Shown here: positions 1-11,980 of the stretch, piece by piece
How the letters are laid out: each line of letters starts with the position of its first letter
How positions within the stretch are numbered: position 1 is the first letter of the stretch
Assembly (NCBI GenBank): GCA_964016885.1
Contig: OZ024746.1
Location: 24,986,001 to 25,050,000, forward strand
Direction of reading: 5' to 3'
DNA: 64,000 bases
Origin: Eledone cirrhosa
Taxonomy: Eukaryota
Made by a program: the position numbers and the translations under genes
The notes under the pieces: model-generated
Seen by the model: only the letters and a program-made list of their open reading frames with translations
Database searches by the model: none
What the model was told of the DNA's origin: nothing

Positions 1-970
1 ACCGAAAACGATGGGCGCCTGGCACATTGAATGCGCTCAGGCGCTCACAGTCCTCTGGCAAGCGGGCGCAGCAATCAGTGGAGACTCCACTTCGATATTC
101 TATAGAGGGATTGTACGTTACAAGGGCGACGACGTGCTCGGAGAGACTCTGGGCATCGAAGACGATGAGCTCACCAGTCTGTTTGGTAGGACTTTCTGCC
201 CGGGACCTATGGACAACTTCCAGAGGTCCCTGGCCTGGCAGTGCTACCGAGGAGCTCTACCGGTTCGTGACAAAATCTACAGGCACGGACGCCCCGGCAG
301 GGATCCTTCCAAGAGGACGTGTCCAAGATGCGCGCAGGACATTGAAACAGTCCTGCACGCAATTGTACACTGCCCGGGCGTAACCGACCTGTGGAACTAT
401 GCAGAACAACTGCTGTCGCGTATGGGACAAATCCAGTTGACTGCCGAGTCCATAGTAAGGATCAAACCGCCAGCCTCTTTCAAAAACGAAAGAGAGGCGG
501 TTTTCCTCTGTACGGTGGCTATGGTGAAAGAGGTTATATGGTGGACGAGGTTGAGAGGACTGAGGACAGATGCCTTTCTCTCCGGACAACAATTGATTCC
601 CTTCTTTAAGTATCACTTTAGAAGGAGAATCAGGGTGGAGAGAGCGGCACTGCACCCCAGTAAATTTACTGAAAGGTGGGTGAATGAAGCGAAAATGGCC
701 CGAGTGATTGGGCCTTCTCTGTTTAAAAGCCTGTAGGTTGAGGAAGAGAGCAAAAGGAAGAAAGGATCACTTGCACAACATGCTCCTGGAGTTGAGTGTT
801 GCTCTATCGACGGGGTATTAAACAACCCATTTGTGGCGCCTCCTCCCTATTGGGGATTTCGATTGTTGTAATTGTTTGTTTTTATATTTTTTACACGACT
901 GTATGTAAAATCCCCGGCATGTCTTTGTATTGTCCCCTTTTCTTGTGTGCCCTTGTGGCTAAGAAAGAAA
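1..970 (+). mobile_element. 3' end of a Tx1/L1-like non-LTR retrotransposon (zf-RVT C-terminus plus 3'UTR)
   Basis: ORF 11-736 has W...LPVR...CPRC...ETVLHA...CP...W, typical of the L1/Tx1 ORF2 zinc knuckle; T-rich 3'UTR ends at (TCTA)n. Confidence 0.8.
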
Positions 971-1012
971 TCTATCTATCTATCTATCTATTTATCTATC
1001 TATCTACCTCTC

Positions 1013-1047
<35 letters not shown>

Positions 1048-1115
1048 AATAGAAAGATTGAGGAGACGGACAGGGTAAAAATGAGAAAATAATTATATAT
1101 ACATATATGTATATA

Positions 1116-1297
1116 CTAGCAGAATGGCCCGGCGTTGCTCGGGATTTGTTCTAGGGTTCTTATATATTTGATATATATTTATCCTTATCGAGCCTCATGA
1201 AATAAATATGTTTGTTTATATTTTGTTATTGTGTATGCAAAAAAATCTGTACACGAATATATAATTATATATATATATATTAAAATAACAGATTAAA
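1116..1297 (-). mobile_element. Helitron-like 3' portion (inverted copy of the element ending at 3477)
   Basis: Minus strand reads CCCGAGCAACGCCGGG-ccattctg-CTAG|T (subterminal hairpin plus CTAG). Confidence 0.65.
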
Positions 1298-1608
1298 AGT
1301 TTTCATGAAATAGTCTTTAAGACTATACAGAGCATTTGAAGTTTTTCCTAATTGAAGGATGAGTATTTTAGACTTTATTTTATCATGAGTTAAGGCTCTA
1401 TTGATTTTTCCCTGGATTTCACTATATTCTGTGGATGAATTTATATCCTGATTCTCTTTGAGATGAGTTTGAATTATTTTTCCCACATCTTACGTTAACT
1501 ATTTTTCCCATTTTGACGCTATAGTCACTTATATGTTATGGAGTGCTGTTGGCTTTTCGCTGCAGTGTTTTCTATACTTTTCATTTACATATATATATAT
1601 ATATATAT

Positions 1609-3477
1609 ATCTAAAACAGAGAATGTCTGTCTGTCTGACTCCCTAAAACTCGAGAACCACCCAACCAATTTTTTTCAAACGTTACACATGTAATACTTAT
1701 GGTCCTGTGAGTGTTTTGAGCAAAATATATTTCAAATTTTCAATGCCCTAAAGACTGCATTAGCCGAAAAAGCGATCTCTCTCTCTCAGTCTTTCTTTTT
1801 AGATAGATACATAGATATAACGTTGCGCCCTTATAATATCTGTCTGGCTGTCTACATTACGACTTTATGACGCTATATGTGTGTATATATGTATATATAG
1901 TGTGTGTATATATATATATAGTGTGTAACGTTTTTCGAAATATTTACTTCTGCGTTCACAGATTGATTTTTTTAGTTTCACAAGATCCCGTTAAGGATGA
2001 AAGCAGCGATTCTTTGCTTAAATTTTAATCTGTTATTTTAATATATATATCTAGAATCAAAAGGCCTTAAAATTAATCTGGCTAAGACCAAAGTTCTAGT
2101 TTGTAGGAAAGAAAATAAGGTGGCGGTCCCTTCCGGGAAGTGGCCATGCTCAGTGTGTAGGAAAGGCGTAGGTAGAAACTCCATTTTGTGTCAGAAATGC
2201 AAAGTATGGGTGCATAAAAGATGTAGTGGGATCACAGGTAAGCTAACTAAGAACATAGATTTCACATGTGGCCGGTGCTCTGGTGCAATAAGTAGCAGCA
2301 AGTGCCCACAAAATACTAGCTCTTTCAACTGCGCAGAGGGCTCTATAGAAATAGTGGACAGCTTCCGTTACCTGGGTGACAAAATCAGCAGTGGGGGAGG
2401 GTGCTCTGAAAGTACAGTAGCTAGAGTCAGAACGGGATGGAAAAAGTTCAGAGAGCTTATACCACTATTAGCCACTAAAGGGTTCTCCCTAAAAATGAAA
2501 GGCAGGTTGTATGATGCCTGCATACGAACAGCAATGTTGCATGGCAGTGAGATCTGGGCATTGTGTGCAGAGGATATACGCAGACTAGAGAGGAACGAAG
2601 CTTGCATGCTCCGCTGGATGTGTAATAGTAATATACGTGAACGGCAAAGCATAAACGAACTAAGGAAAAAATTAGAAATAAGAGGGATCAGATGTTGTTT
2701 ACTCGAGAGAAGGCTACGTTGGTATGGACACGCGTGATGCGCATGAAAGTCGATAGCTGTATAACAAAGTGCAGGGCAATAAAGATAGACGGTAGCTACG
2801 GAATAGGCAGACCTAGAAAAACCTGGGACGAGCTGATAAACTCCGACCTCACACACTTACACCTCTCCAAGACAATGTCACTGGACCGAGACCTTTGGCG
2901 GTACTCAGTAATAGAGAAGACCCGCCTTACCTAAATACATAGTAAAACCTACTACAGTCAGTAGGCATCTCTAACAAAATACACCCCGTCCCACCACCCC
3001 ACCCCATCCACACCGCCCCCTTCTATGTAAAGTTATGTTGGTGCCACACCATCCAGGCTGAAACAAATGAGATCGTGTAGGTGTCACGACAATAAAACAC
3101 ACAGTCCACGCTGTAATGTGGCCGTGTAGGCAACACGGTAAAAACCTCCCAGACCCACACTGTAAATGTGGTTGGTGTTAGGAAGGGCATCCAACTGTAG
3201 AAAACCTGCCAGACAGTCCTATGCGAGCAAGACAATCACTCTTGCCTCAAGTGGGAAAACCCCCGTCCAAACCCATGCAAGCGTGGAACACGGACGTTAA
3301 ACGTTGATGATGATGATGATGATGATAATTATATATTCGTGTACAGATATTTTTGCATACACAATAACAAAATATAAACAAACGTATTTATTTCATGAGG
3401 CTCGATAAGGATAAATAAATATCAAATATATAAGAACCCTAGAACAAATCCCGAGCAACGCCGGGCCATTCTGCTAG
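1609..3477 (+). mobile_element. Non-autonomous Helitron-like element interrupted by an RTE LINE
   Basis: 5' part is similar to 7220-7700 and to the 5' part of 54334-55171; 3' hairpin CCCGAGCAACGCCGGG plus CTAG|T at ~3450-3478; the 5' boundary lies in (TA)n and is approximate. Confidence 0.6.
2051..3326 (+). mobile_element. 5'-truncated RTE-group LINE (RT C-terminus, PHD-like insert, 3'UTR, (GAT)n tail)
   Basis: ORFs 2120-2737 and 2692-2934 (FRYLG, RLRWYGH, GRPRKTW); frameshifted; same family as 57101-59388. Confidence 0.9.
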
Positions 3478-3566
3478 TATATACATATATGTATATATAA
3501 TTATTTTCCCATTTTTACCCTGTTCGTCTCCTCAATCTTTCTATTTCTTCTTTAATTTCTCATTCT

Positions 3567-3605
3567 GACTTCTGATGAAAGACTTGCATCTGAAACGTTA
3601 AGGCT
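3567..3605 (+). ncRNA. Minimal hammerhead-like motif in a dispersed repeat (~3500-3695)
   Basis: ctt-CTGATGA-a-AGA cttgca TCT-GAAA-CGT-T-aag: palindromic ACGT in place of stem III, 3-bp stem I; degenerate copies at ~59480-59600 (+), ~57000-57070 (-) and 4588-4655 (-). Confidence 0.5.
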
Positions 3606-3735
3606 CTTTTCCTACTATTTCAAGCATAAAACTAATAATATATTTCTTCATTGTTCTGTGTCATTTGCTTTATAATTTCTGTTTGCCTTTTGCATATATA
3701 TATAAGCGGACGTAAAATGATATATATATATATAT

Positions 3736-4146
3736 GGTGGCTGCCAACTCGTTTTCGAGTACGGCCACTACTTTATATCCATGTAGGAGAACCCCTACCG
3801 ATGCGCTGAACGAATGTGACTTTTTAGTCCAGTCAGCGACTTGAAAACTCTGGTACAAAGACTACACTTGTGACCATTATTGACACATAGTGCAGGGCCC
3901 ATGGTACCATGTGATGACAAGTGCAGAGAGATCTCCAGATATAAAGCAATGCCTGTGCTGTGAAGCTTTTATAGTGAGCAAAGGCACTGCACAAAGCCAG
4001 TCCCACTCTCTTAACCAAGATGATATTTACCAAAAAGAAGAACAAGTCAACATCATTGGATACCATCAGGGTTGCAGGTGTTATATCAGAGTTTTCCTTC
4101 TCCTAGAATTCTGCCTTGACAAAGGCTAAGGGGTCATCTCTCCCAG

Positions 4147-4147
<1 letters not shown>
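3736..4147 (-). mobile_element. Degenerate, internally deleted RTE/BovB-like element in a (TA)n tract
   Basis: Terminus ggccgtactcgaaaacgagttggcagcca resembles the LINE end at 29474-29510; minus-strand peptide remnants RILGEGKL and ESGTGFV resemble the RTE APE domain. Confidence 0.45.
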
Positions 4148-4590
<443 letters not shown>

Positions 4591-4934
4591 CAAAAGGCAA
4601 ACAAATAAAAAAGAAAATGACACAAAACAATGAAGAAATATATTATTAGTTTTCTATTAGTCATTTGTGTGGTGTGTATCATCATCATCGTCTAACATCT
4701 GTTTTCCCTGCTAGCAATGGTCACTCCCACTCAAACACATACCGATACAGAAACTCACACATACACATATTCATACACACACACATGCATGGGAACAAAA
4801 CGCCCACCCAAACATGGATATATAGCTAGTAGTCATGTTAGTACTTTATCTATATTAGTCATGTATGCATTGATTTATGTGTGATAATAAATATTTTAAT
4901 ACATATCACAGAATTTCATGTGTCTATATACAGA

Positions 4935-4984
<50 letters not shown>

Positions 4985-5076
4985 AAGTAATTCCGTCGGA
5001 AAAGTCCAGGAAAAAAGAGTGCTCTATGTAGGTAACAGAGCTTAATAGTTATGTAATAAACAACATAAGGCAATTA

Positions 5077-5136
5077 TTCCATTTACCAGTGGTTTCTTAA
5101 AAGCAAAATATTTTGCTTTCAATCATCAGAATGAAA
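5077..5136 (-). ncRNA. Mirror-image type I hammerhead on the minus strand
   Basis: Reverse complement of 5154-5213 within the palindrome (tcatcag at 5123-5129). Confidence 0.72.
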
Positions 5137-5153
5137 AAATAACACCAGGATTT

Positions 5154-5213
5154 TTTCATTCTGATGATTGAAAGCAAAATATTTTGCTTTTAAGAAACCA
5201 CTGGTAAATGGAA
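5154..5213 (+). ncRNA. Type I hammerhead ribozyme (complete core)
   Basis: Stem I tttcatt/aatggaa; CTGATGA 5161-5167; stem II ttgaaagcaaaat/attttgcttttaa; GAAA 5194-5197; stem III ACCA-c-TGGT; GUA triplet 5204-5206. Confidence 0.75.
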
Positions 5214-5887
5214 TAATTGCGTTATGTTGTTTATTACATAACTATATATATATATAAATTCAGCGAGAATCGCATTTCGGCGAAATGTAACGCAAATTCC
5301 GAGTCATGCTGGCAAGCGCTCCATGGGCTAAAAAAGACCAGAGCAATAAACATAGGTTATAAAGGCCATATATACAAAACTGAGAAGGAGGTCAAGAAGC
5401 CATAAACCACCTAAGCCAAAAACAAGTCAAGCTAAACAAGTCAGACAAAATAAATGACATATTCATATATATCCTAAACGGACGTTAGTCCGTTTAGTAA
5501 TATTGTTGTGGTCGTGTTTCGTTGGCAATCGTCTGTTTACGACAGTACAGCGCGGCTCTACTTTATTTAACTGAGATAAAGCTTATATGAGCATGAACAG
5601 TAGATCATTACGCATCTTTTGGTTTAAAAATCTAGAAATTTGGTCCAGTGGGAAAAAGTTTATAATCAAAGTTTGCTGATAAATTTTGTGTTCAAGTGAG
5701 TGAGTAGTAAGCGTGGCGCTAGGGGAGGTAATCCAGAAATGACGTAGCTTTGTCATTAAGCCAGTTGCCTCAACTAGATTGCAATTATACTCAAAAGAAC
5801 TTTAAAATGTCAATCACTTGTCAGTAATTCACTATGATCATTTAATTATTAGATAGTTGTTGCTTGCATTGCCTTAAAAAATAGTAG

Positions 5888-6925
5888 ACCAGATAAAAAA
5901 ATGCGTACAGCAAAAAAAAGTAATATTGTTGGAATATAAACCTTTAAAAATACAGGACAAGAAACTAAAATAAAACTTTAAAAGAATAGGACAAGAAACT
6001 AAGATAAAACTTTAAAGAATTGGACAAGAAATAAAAAATTTTACAATAATATTAGTGGCAAAATTTTTTTATTCGTTTCCTGTGCTATGCCCCAGTATCT
6101 TCTTGATTAGTGCATAATAATTGTCATGCTTTCATTGTGCGTTGCCCCTGAGCGGTTGGTTCTGGTTGGGGTTGGTTGGCTGAGCAGTTCTGCTCCGTCA
6201 GAATGACCATTGCAAGAAGAATTGGCCGATGCAGCTGCAGGTCTCCTCCAAGAATGCACTTCTTGTCCTGCAACACCAGACGAAGATGGAGAAGACGACC
6301 GGGACAAGATGTCGACTCTGACCACCGACTACGGCACCTCCCTCAACCACCGGTCCTCCCTCCCTCTGTCCCGTCATCCCTCCAGTCCTCCTGCTCCCCC
6401 TTCCTGTACCAGAAAGGTGTGGCACGCATTCATCTGGACTGCCGGACTTGAACTCAAGGACAAGATGCAAGGAGAAGATGGACGGGTTGGTCAAAATCAA
6501 GGATGAGAGGGACGACAAGACCGTCCGCTGCTGCTCAAGATCTGTGCTCATGGGCCCATGGGTCCATTCACATTATGCATGACACATGAGGCGTGTCGCA
6601 GAATGATGAAATAGGGGTATGGTTATGGCCCAATTGGTGTTCAAACCAGGATCAAATGATCCCCCTGGTCTGACGACGACCTCTGAATGTGGAACTCGAT
6701 TTTTTACCAATAAAAATTTTGCCACTAATATTATTGTAAAATTTTTTATTTCTTGTCCAATTCTTTAAAGTTTTATCTTAGTTTCTTGTCCTATTCTTTT
6801 AAAGTTTTATCTTAGTTTCTTGTCCTATTCTTTTAAAGTTTTATTTTAGTTTCTTGTCCTGTATTTTTAAAGGTTTATATTCCAACAATATTACTTTTTT
6901 TTGCTGTACGCATTTTTCTATCTGG

Positions 6926-6926
<1 letters not shown>
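5888..6926. repeat. ~180/215-bp inverted repeats with internal ~33-bp tandem units, bracketing a GC-rich 640-bp spacer
   Basis: 5888-6068 is the reverse complement of ~6712-6926; the right arm has one extra tandem unit. Confidence 0.85.
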
Positions 6927-6961
<35 letters not shown>

Positions 6962-7219
6962 TATGTTAGACTGTGTGTGTGGATTTATATATATATATAT
7001 ATATATTATACATATACACATATGTCTGACTGTGTGTGGATATATATATATATATATATATACATATACACATATGTCTGACTGTGTGTGTGGATATATA
7101 TATATATATATATATATATGTGATAGAAAATAGTCATATTCTACCGTACAACACAGTTTTTCACATAAACTGAATATAATGTCTTAAAATAAGGACTGTA
7201 AATTATATAAACAATATCA

Positions 7220-7518
7220 TCTAATTATATAAAACAGAGTCTGTCTGACTCCCTAAAACTCGAGAACCACCCAACCAATTGTTTTCAAACTTTACACATG
7301 TAATACTTATGGTCCTGTGAGTGTTTTGAGCAAAAAAAAATTTCAATGCCCTAGGGTCCGCATTAGGCGATTTAGTGATCTCTCTCTATAATTCTTAGTC
7401 TTTCTTTTTTGATAGATACATAGATATAACGTTGCGCCCTTATAATATCTGTCTGTATGCCTGGTTGTCTGCATTACAACATTATGACGTAGCTGTGTGT
7501 GTGTGTATATGTATATAT

Positions 7519-7571
<53 letters not shown>

Positions 7572-7700
7572 TGTAACGTTTTTCGAAATATTTACTTCTG
7601 CGTTCACAGATTGATTTTTTTAGTTTCAGAAGATCCCGTTAAGGGTGAAAGCACCGATTCTTTGCTTAAACTTTAATCTGTTATTTTAATATATATATAT
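7220..7700 (+). mobile_element. Helitron-like 5' portion
   Basis: A|TCTAATTATATAAAACAGAG start; near-identical to 1611-2045. Confidence 0.6.
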
Positions 7701-7772
7701 AGGCACATATATATATATATATATATAGGCACATATATATATATATATATAGGCATATATATATATATATAT

Positions 7773-7930
7773 GGAGGCACATGGCTTAGTGGTTAGAGCA
7801 TTGGGCTTGCAATCGAAAGGTTGTGAGTTCAATTCTCAGACCGGGTGATGTATTGTTTCCTTGAGCAAGACACTTTATTTCACATTGCTCCAGTTTACTC
7901 AGCTGTAGAAATGAGATCATAGGGACTGTC
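7773..7930 (+). mobile_element. tRNA-derived SINE, head and central domain
   Basis: A box TGGCTTAGTGG, B box GAGTTCAATTC; near-identical to 38923-39075. Confidence 0.85.
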
Positions 7931-8251
7931 CTACGCCATCTTGTTTTTGTGACACAAAAACAAGATGGCGTAGGACAGAACAAAGGAGAGGCACAAAAAA
8001 CAAAGAAAAGAATCCCCAGTCACTGAAGAGGTCACAGAATGTGTGACGAAAGAACTTTGACAATATATAAACAACCATCTGGTTGTGAAACCAACCAACC
8101 AACCGGAAATTTATAAATTCCTAAATTTATAAATTTATAATAATAAATTGAAGTGAAAGCAACTGGTGCGTATGTTTCTTATTGGCAACATGACCCTCCC
8201 AAAGTATAACAATATATATATATATACATATATACATATATATATATAGAT

Positions 8252-8392
8252 AAGTTATTCCGGGTTCAATCGGGGTCGGGGTAACCACAGTAAGTAAGGT
8301 ACTCAATACATAGCAGAGTATAAATGTTTTAATATAGAAAAGCTTCTACAGGACTAGAACTGCTTTATTTGTGAGAAATCATCAGATGATTT
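8252..8392 (-). mobile_element. Penelope-like 3'-end fragment with a decayed hammerhead core
   Basis: Minus strand has CTGATGA (tcatcag 8379-8385), then tattgagtacc and a tail also found at 4374-4409; flanked by (TA)n. Confidence 0.4.
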
Positions 8393-8515
8393 ATATATAT
8401 ATAGAGAGAGAGAAAGAGAGGTAGAACACTGGAAGGTGATATCTGTAGTGGTAGAGCACTTAGTCCATGGGACGAGTTAGGTAGAAGTGGTTACACAACA
8501 GTTAGTTCACCATAC

Positions 8516-8553
8516 CGAGAACAATTGTTTCACCTTAGCGGATCCTCAGCTCG
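8516..8553 (-). ncRNA. Minimal type I hammerhead within the imperfect palindrome 8483-8608
   Basis: cgag-CTGAGGA-T CC gctaa GG T-GAAA-CAATTG-T-T-ctcg: 4-bp stem I, palindromic stem III ACAATTGT, GUU triplet. Confidence 0.65.
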
Positions 8554-8605
8554 TAATTTACGAGCTGAGGATCCGCTCGGTATGGTGAACTGTTGTGTAA
8601 CTACT

Positions 8606-8655
<50 letters not shown>

Positions 8656-8664
8656 TACACACAC

Positions 8665-8698
<34 letters not shown>

Positions 8699-9334
8699 GT
8701 TCTATATTTTGGCACATTTTCTATGGCTGGATTCCTAACACTAAACCTCTTCTGATTTGTACCAGGTGCATTTTATCATGGCACCAGTTGTACCACTTTA
8801 CAGAGTGTACTGGGTGCATTTCATCTTGGCACCAACACTAGAGAGGTTGCCTTGTCTTCTGTAAGACTAACATGCCCTCTTCACTCTACGTGGTGTCCAT
8901 TCTTTCAAGGCAAACATGTCTAAAAATGTCTTTAGAAAAGCAGCAAGAGTATGAATATGAGGGTGAAAGAAGGAAACACAGTTATATGATGGTAAGGGAA
9001 GGAGATGGACAATGGTAACAACATGCTGGTTGTTGGTTACAGGTTGGGTAGAAAACAGCATGAATATTGTGATGGGATAACAATGTGTGTGTGAGATATG
9101 AGTCATAGCATATGTGATCCGTAATTGTGCATAGAATGTGTGTGTTAGGATGTGGTGACCTTTGGTAGCATGGGAGGTACTGTGATTATAATAGCTACGG
9201 AGAGAGGGGCTTATAAATGGTGTATCAAGATTTGATGAAATATATATATATATAAAACCGGGAGCTTCCAACAGTAATGGTTGCATTTTTTAAGGGTATG
9301 TCAATATTTATTTATAAAACTGATCTATATTATA

Positions 9335-9395
9335 TTTTGTCTGATGAAAGCACACCATAATTTAACTTGGTGTCCTTGAAATATGTATAATGAAA
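9335..9395 (+). ncRNA. Hammerhead-like motif, probably decayed
   Basis: CTGATGA (9341)-AAGcACACCA/TGGTGTcCTT-GAAA; stems I and III are imperfect. Confidence 0.45.
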
Positions 9396-9524
9396 TAAAT
9401 ATGGTTTTATAAATATAGTTTCAATTTGTTAATATCGTATGTTTACTCCAAATACTTGTTGAGTGCTTTATATCAGTTCTAAAAATATTTGCTTGTTGTA
9501 TCCCAACAATTTAAATAGAACTTT

Positions 9525-9559
<35 letters not shown>

Positions 9560-9884
9560 TCCATCTACCAAATTCTTTCACAAAGCATAGATTGGCTGGA
9601 CATAACAGTAGTATTAGACACTTATTCAAGGTGTGCCACACAGTAGGACTAAACCTGAAACTACATGGTCCTGAATTGAACCTCAACCACAAGCAGCCAT
9701 GTTTGCACCTCTTTCATCACCCTATGATGTTTGTATTCTAATCAATGACCTCCCCTACTCAATAAGACAACAATGGTTGAGAGAGAAATAGGACAAGAGT
9801 AGCTTACTTACTACTAGTAAAATACTGGACTTGGTAGCACTGCCAAATCACACTACTAAAATATACATTGACTTGGATATTTAT

Positions 9885-10260
9885 ATATATATATATATAT
9901 ATAAAGCCATTTTTATTATATAAATTGATGTGTGTATATGTGTGTGTGTGTATGTGTATCAGAGTGTGTGTGTGTGTGAGAGAGAGTGTGTGTGCGAGAG
10001 TGCATATATGTGCGTGAGTCTGTGTGAGTGAGTATAGGTGTATGTGAGTGTATGTGTGCGTGTGTGAGAGAGAGGGGAATGTGTCTAAGCGTGCATGTGA
10101 GGGAATGTGTCTGGGTGTATGTGTGAGTATGTGAGTGTGTGTGCATGTGTATGAAGGAATGTGCCTGAATGTGTGTGCATGTGTATGTGTGAATATGAGT
10201 GTGTATGTGTGCATGAGTGTGTATGTGTATATATGTTTGTGTGTATGAGTGTGTGTGTGA
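9885..10260. repeat. Degenerate (TG)n/(TA)n microsatellite
   Basis: Direct inspection. Confidence 0.9.
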
Positions 10261-11194
10261 AGTTAAGGTGTACAACACAACCAAATCACTGAAAGCCTCC
10301 TACTAAAGCACCAACAATTCAAACAACAACAAACCAAGATAGATTTATATAATCCTTTTATCCTTGTTCTTAATCCACCTCATTACTTTCTCTCCCTCTT
10401 TTCCTCTGTCTATTTCCTGAAAAAAAAAATGATAATCCTTGTTAATCTCTGCTGGAAATTATCCAGTCTCTTGCTAGCGTATATTCTGGTATTTATTTAT
10501 TTATGAGATATAAGTTTATAAGTTTATAAGTTTATGCTTTTATTTTTATATAACAGATGGCAGTAGAATTGGTAGAGTGTCAGACAACATAGTTACATCC
10601 CTTTACATTCTGAGTTCAAATCACACAGAGGTTAACTTTGCCTTTCATTCTTACAGGGTCAATAGAATAAAGTTTATGTATGGGATATTTATGAATTACA
10701 AAGTATTAAAAAAATGTTGGAAATATTTTCAAGGGGATGCATAAATAATACTAAGAACAATGTAGTTAATGTAGAAAAACAGTGTCTCATTGTAAAATAA
10801 TCACTCCAGATATTTTAGCACCTTATTTATGTAGAATTTGAAGTTGGTGAAAATTGGCAATATATTGAACTCGAATATAAGTTGAACACCACTTCCACCA
10901 TTTTACAATAACTTTTTCTGCCACATATTTTTCGACTATACAAGTATATACAATAATTCACCAACTCTTTATTGACTCAGTTAGCTACTTCATTGTTTTG
11001 ATTCCAAACCACCAAAAATCACAAATCAAAGTGTCCTCTTTACCTGGTATTGTCTCGGTTCATTTGTCTTTCATTTTACATAGAGTACTGGGTGCATTCC
11101 ATCACACCACCGACACCTCTGAGGTTGTCCCATCCACAGCTGGTTAAATGAGACCTCTCCACTGTATGCAGCTTCTTCTTCACCCACTCAAACA

Positions 11195-11300
11195 CTCCTT
11201 CCAGTGGGTCCTGTCAGAAGCAACCATCTCCAATTGATCCGGCTGGATTCCCAGGTGAGACCAGTCAAGCTCATAGATGTTGTCCAATCATCTTACTTGG
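11195..11300 (-). mobile_element. RTE-like LINE C-terminal remnant (second copy ~60790-60935)
   Basis: Minus translation ..WSHLGIQPDQLEMVASDRTHW..; similar sequence at 60845-60930. Confidence 0.5.
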
Positions 11301-11318
11301 GGTCTCTGATTTAATAAT

Positions 11319-11469
11319 TGTTTCTACGTTAGGCACAAGGCCAGCAATTACCCAGTGCATTACTGGTACTTTATTTTATCGACCCCGTAAGGATGAAAGG
11401 CAAAGTTAACCTCGGCGAAATTTGAACTCAGAATGGCAAGGGCCGTAACTCTATACGTCAAAACATGGC
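11319..11469 (-). mobile_element. 5'-truncated SINE (family B) with a 17-bp TSD
   Basis: Matches 23149-23332; TSD gtctctgatttaataat at 11302-11318 and 11470-11486. Confidence 0.85.
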
Positions 11470-11776
11470 GTCTCTGATTTAATAATACTCTTATTTTTAT
11501 TCAATGTAATTCTCATGGACTGGATGAAGCTATGAGTTTATTCTGGTTTCATGAGTGTTGTCATTGGGATGTCCTTTTTATAGGCTACACACTTTCACTA
11601 TAAAATGTTTAACCTCTTAGTGTAAACTTTATAATGTTTCTTATTTGTATTCACTCAATAAATGTTAGACAATCATTTGATATGAGAGGTGGGGCTGGTT
11701 CTAGCTCCACTCCAGTACACTGATATCTCATCAGATATCTAACAATGACAATCTATTTTATAAAGCCCACTTTAAA

Positions 11777-11980
11777 ATGGAGATGATGATAACGGTGGTG
11801 ATAGTGACGTCAGTGATGATGATGATGATGATGAAAGTAATGATGATGACGATGATGATGATGATGATGATGAAAATAATGATGATGATGACGATGATGA
11901 TGATGATGATGATGGCAATGATGATGATAATGGTGGTGATAGTGATGATGATGATAATGATAATGATGGAGATGATGATA
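11777..11980. repeat. (GAT)n-type trinucleotide repeat
   Basis: Direct inspection. Confidence 0.9.

Larger units (their letters stand above)
5045..5245. repeat. Near-perfect palindrome, 96-bp arms, 9-nt loop
   Basis: 5045-5140 is the reverse complement of 5150-5245 with one mismatch (5069/5221). Confidence 0.95.

Noticed and set aside
7773-7845. tRNA gene (also 38923-38995)
   Set aside because: A/B boxes are present, but no proper cloverleaf was found and the sequence continues into a SINE body.
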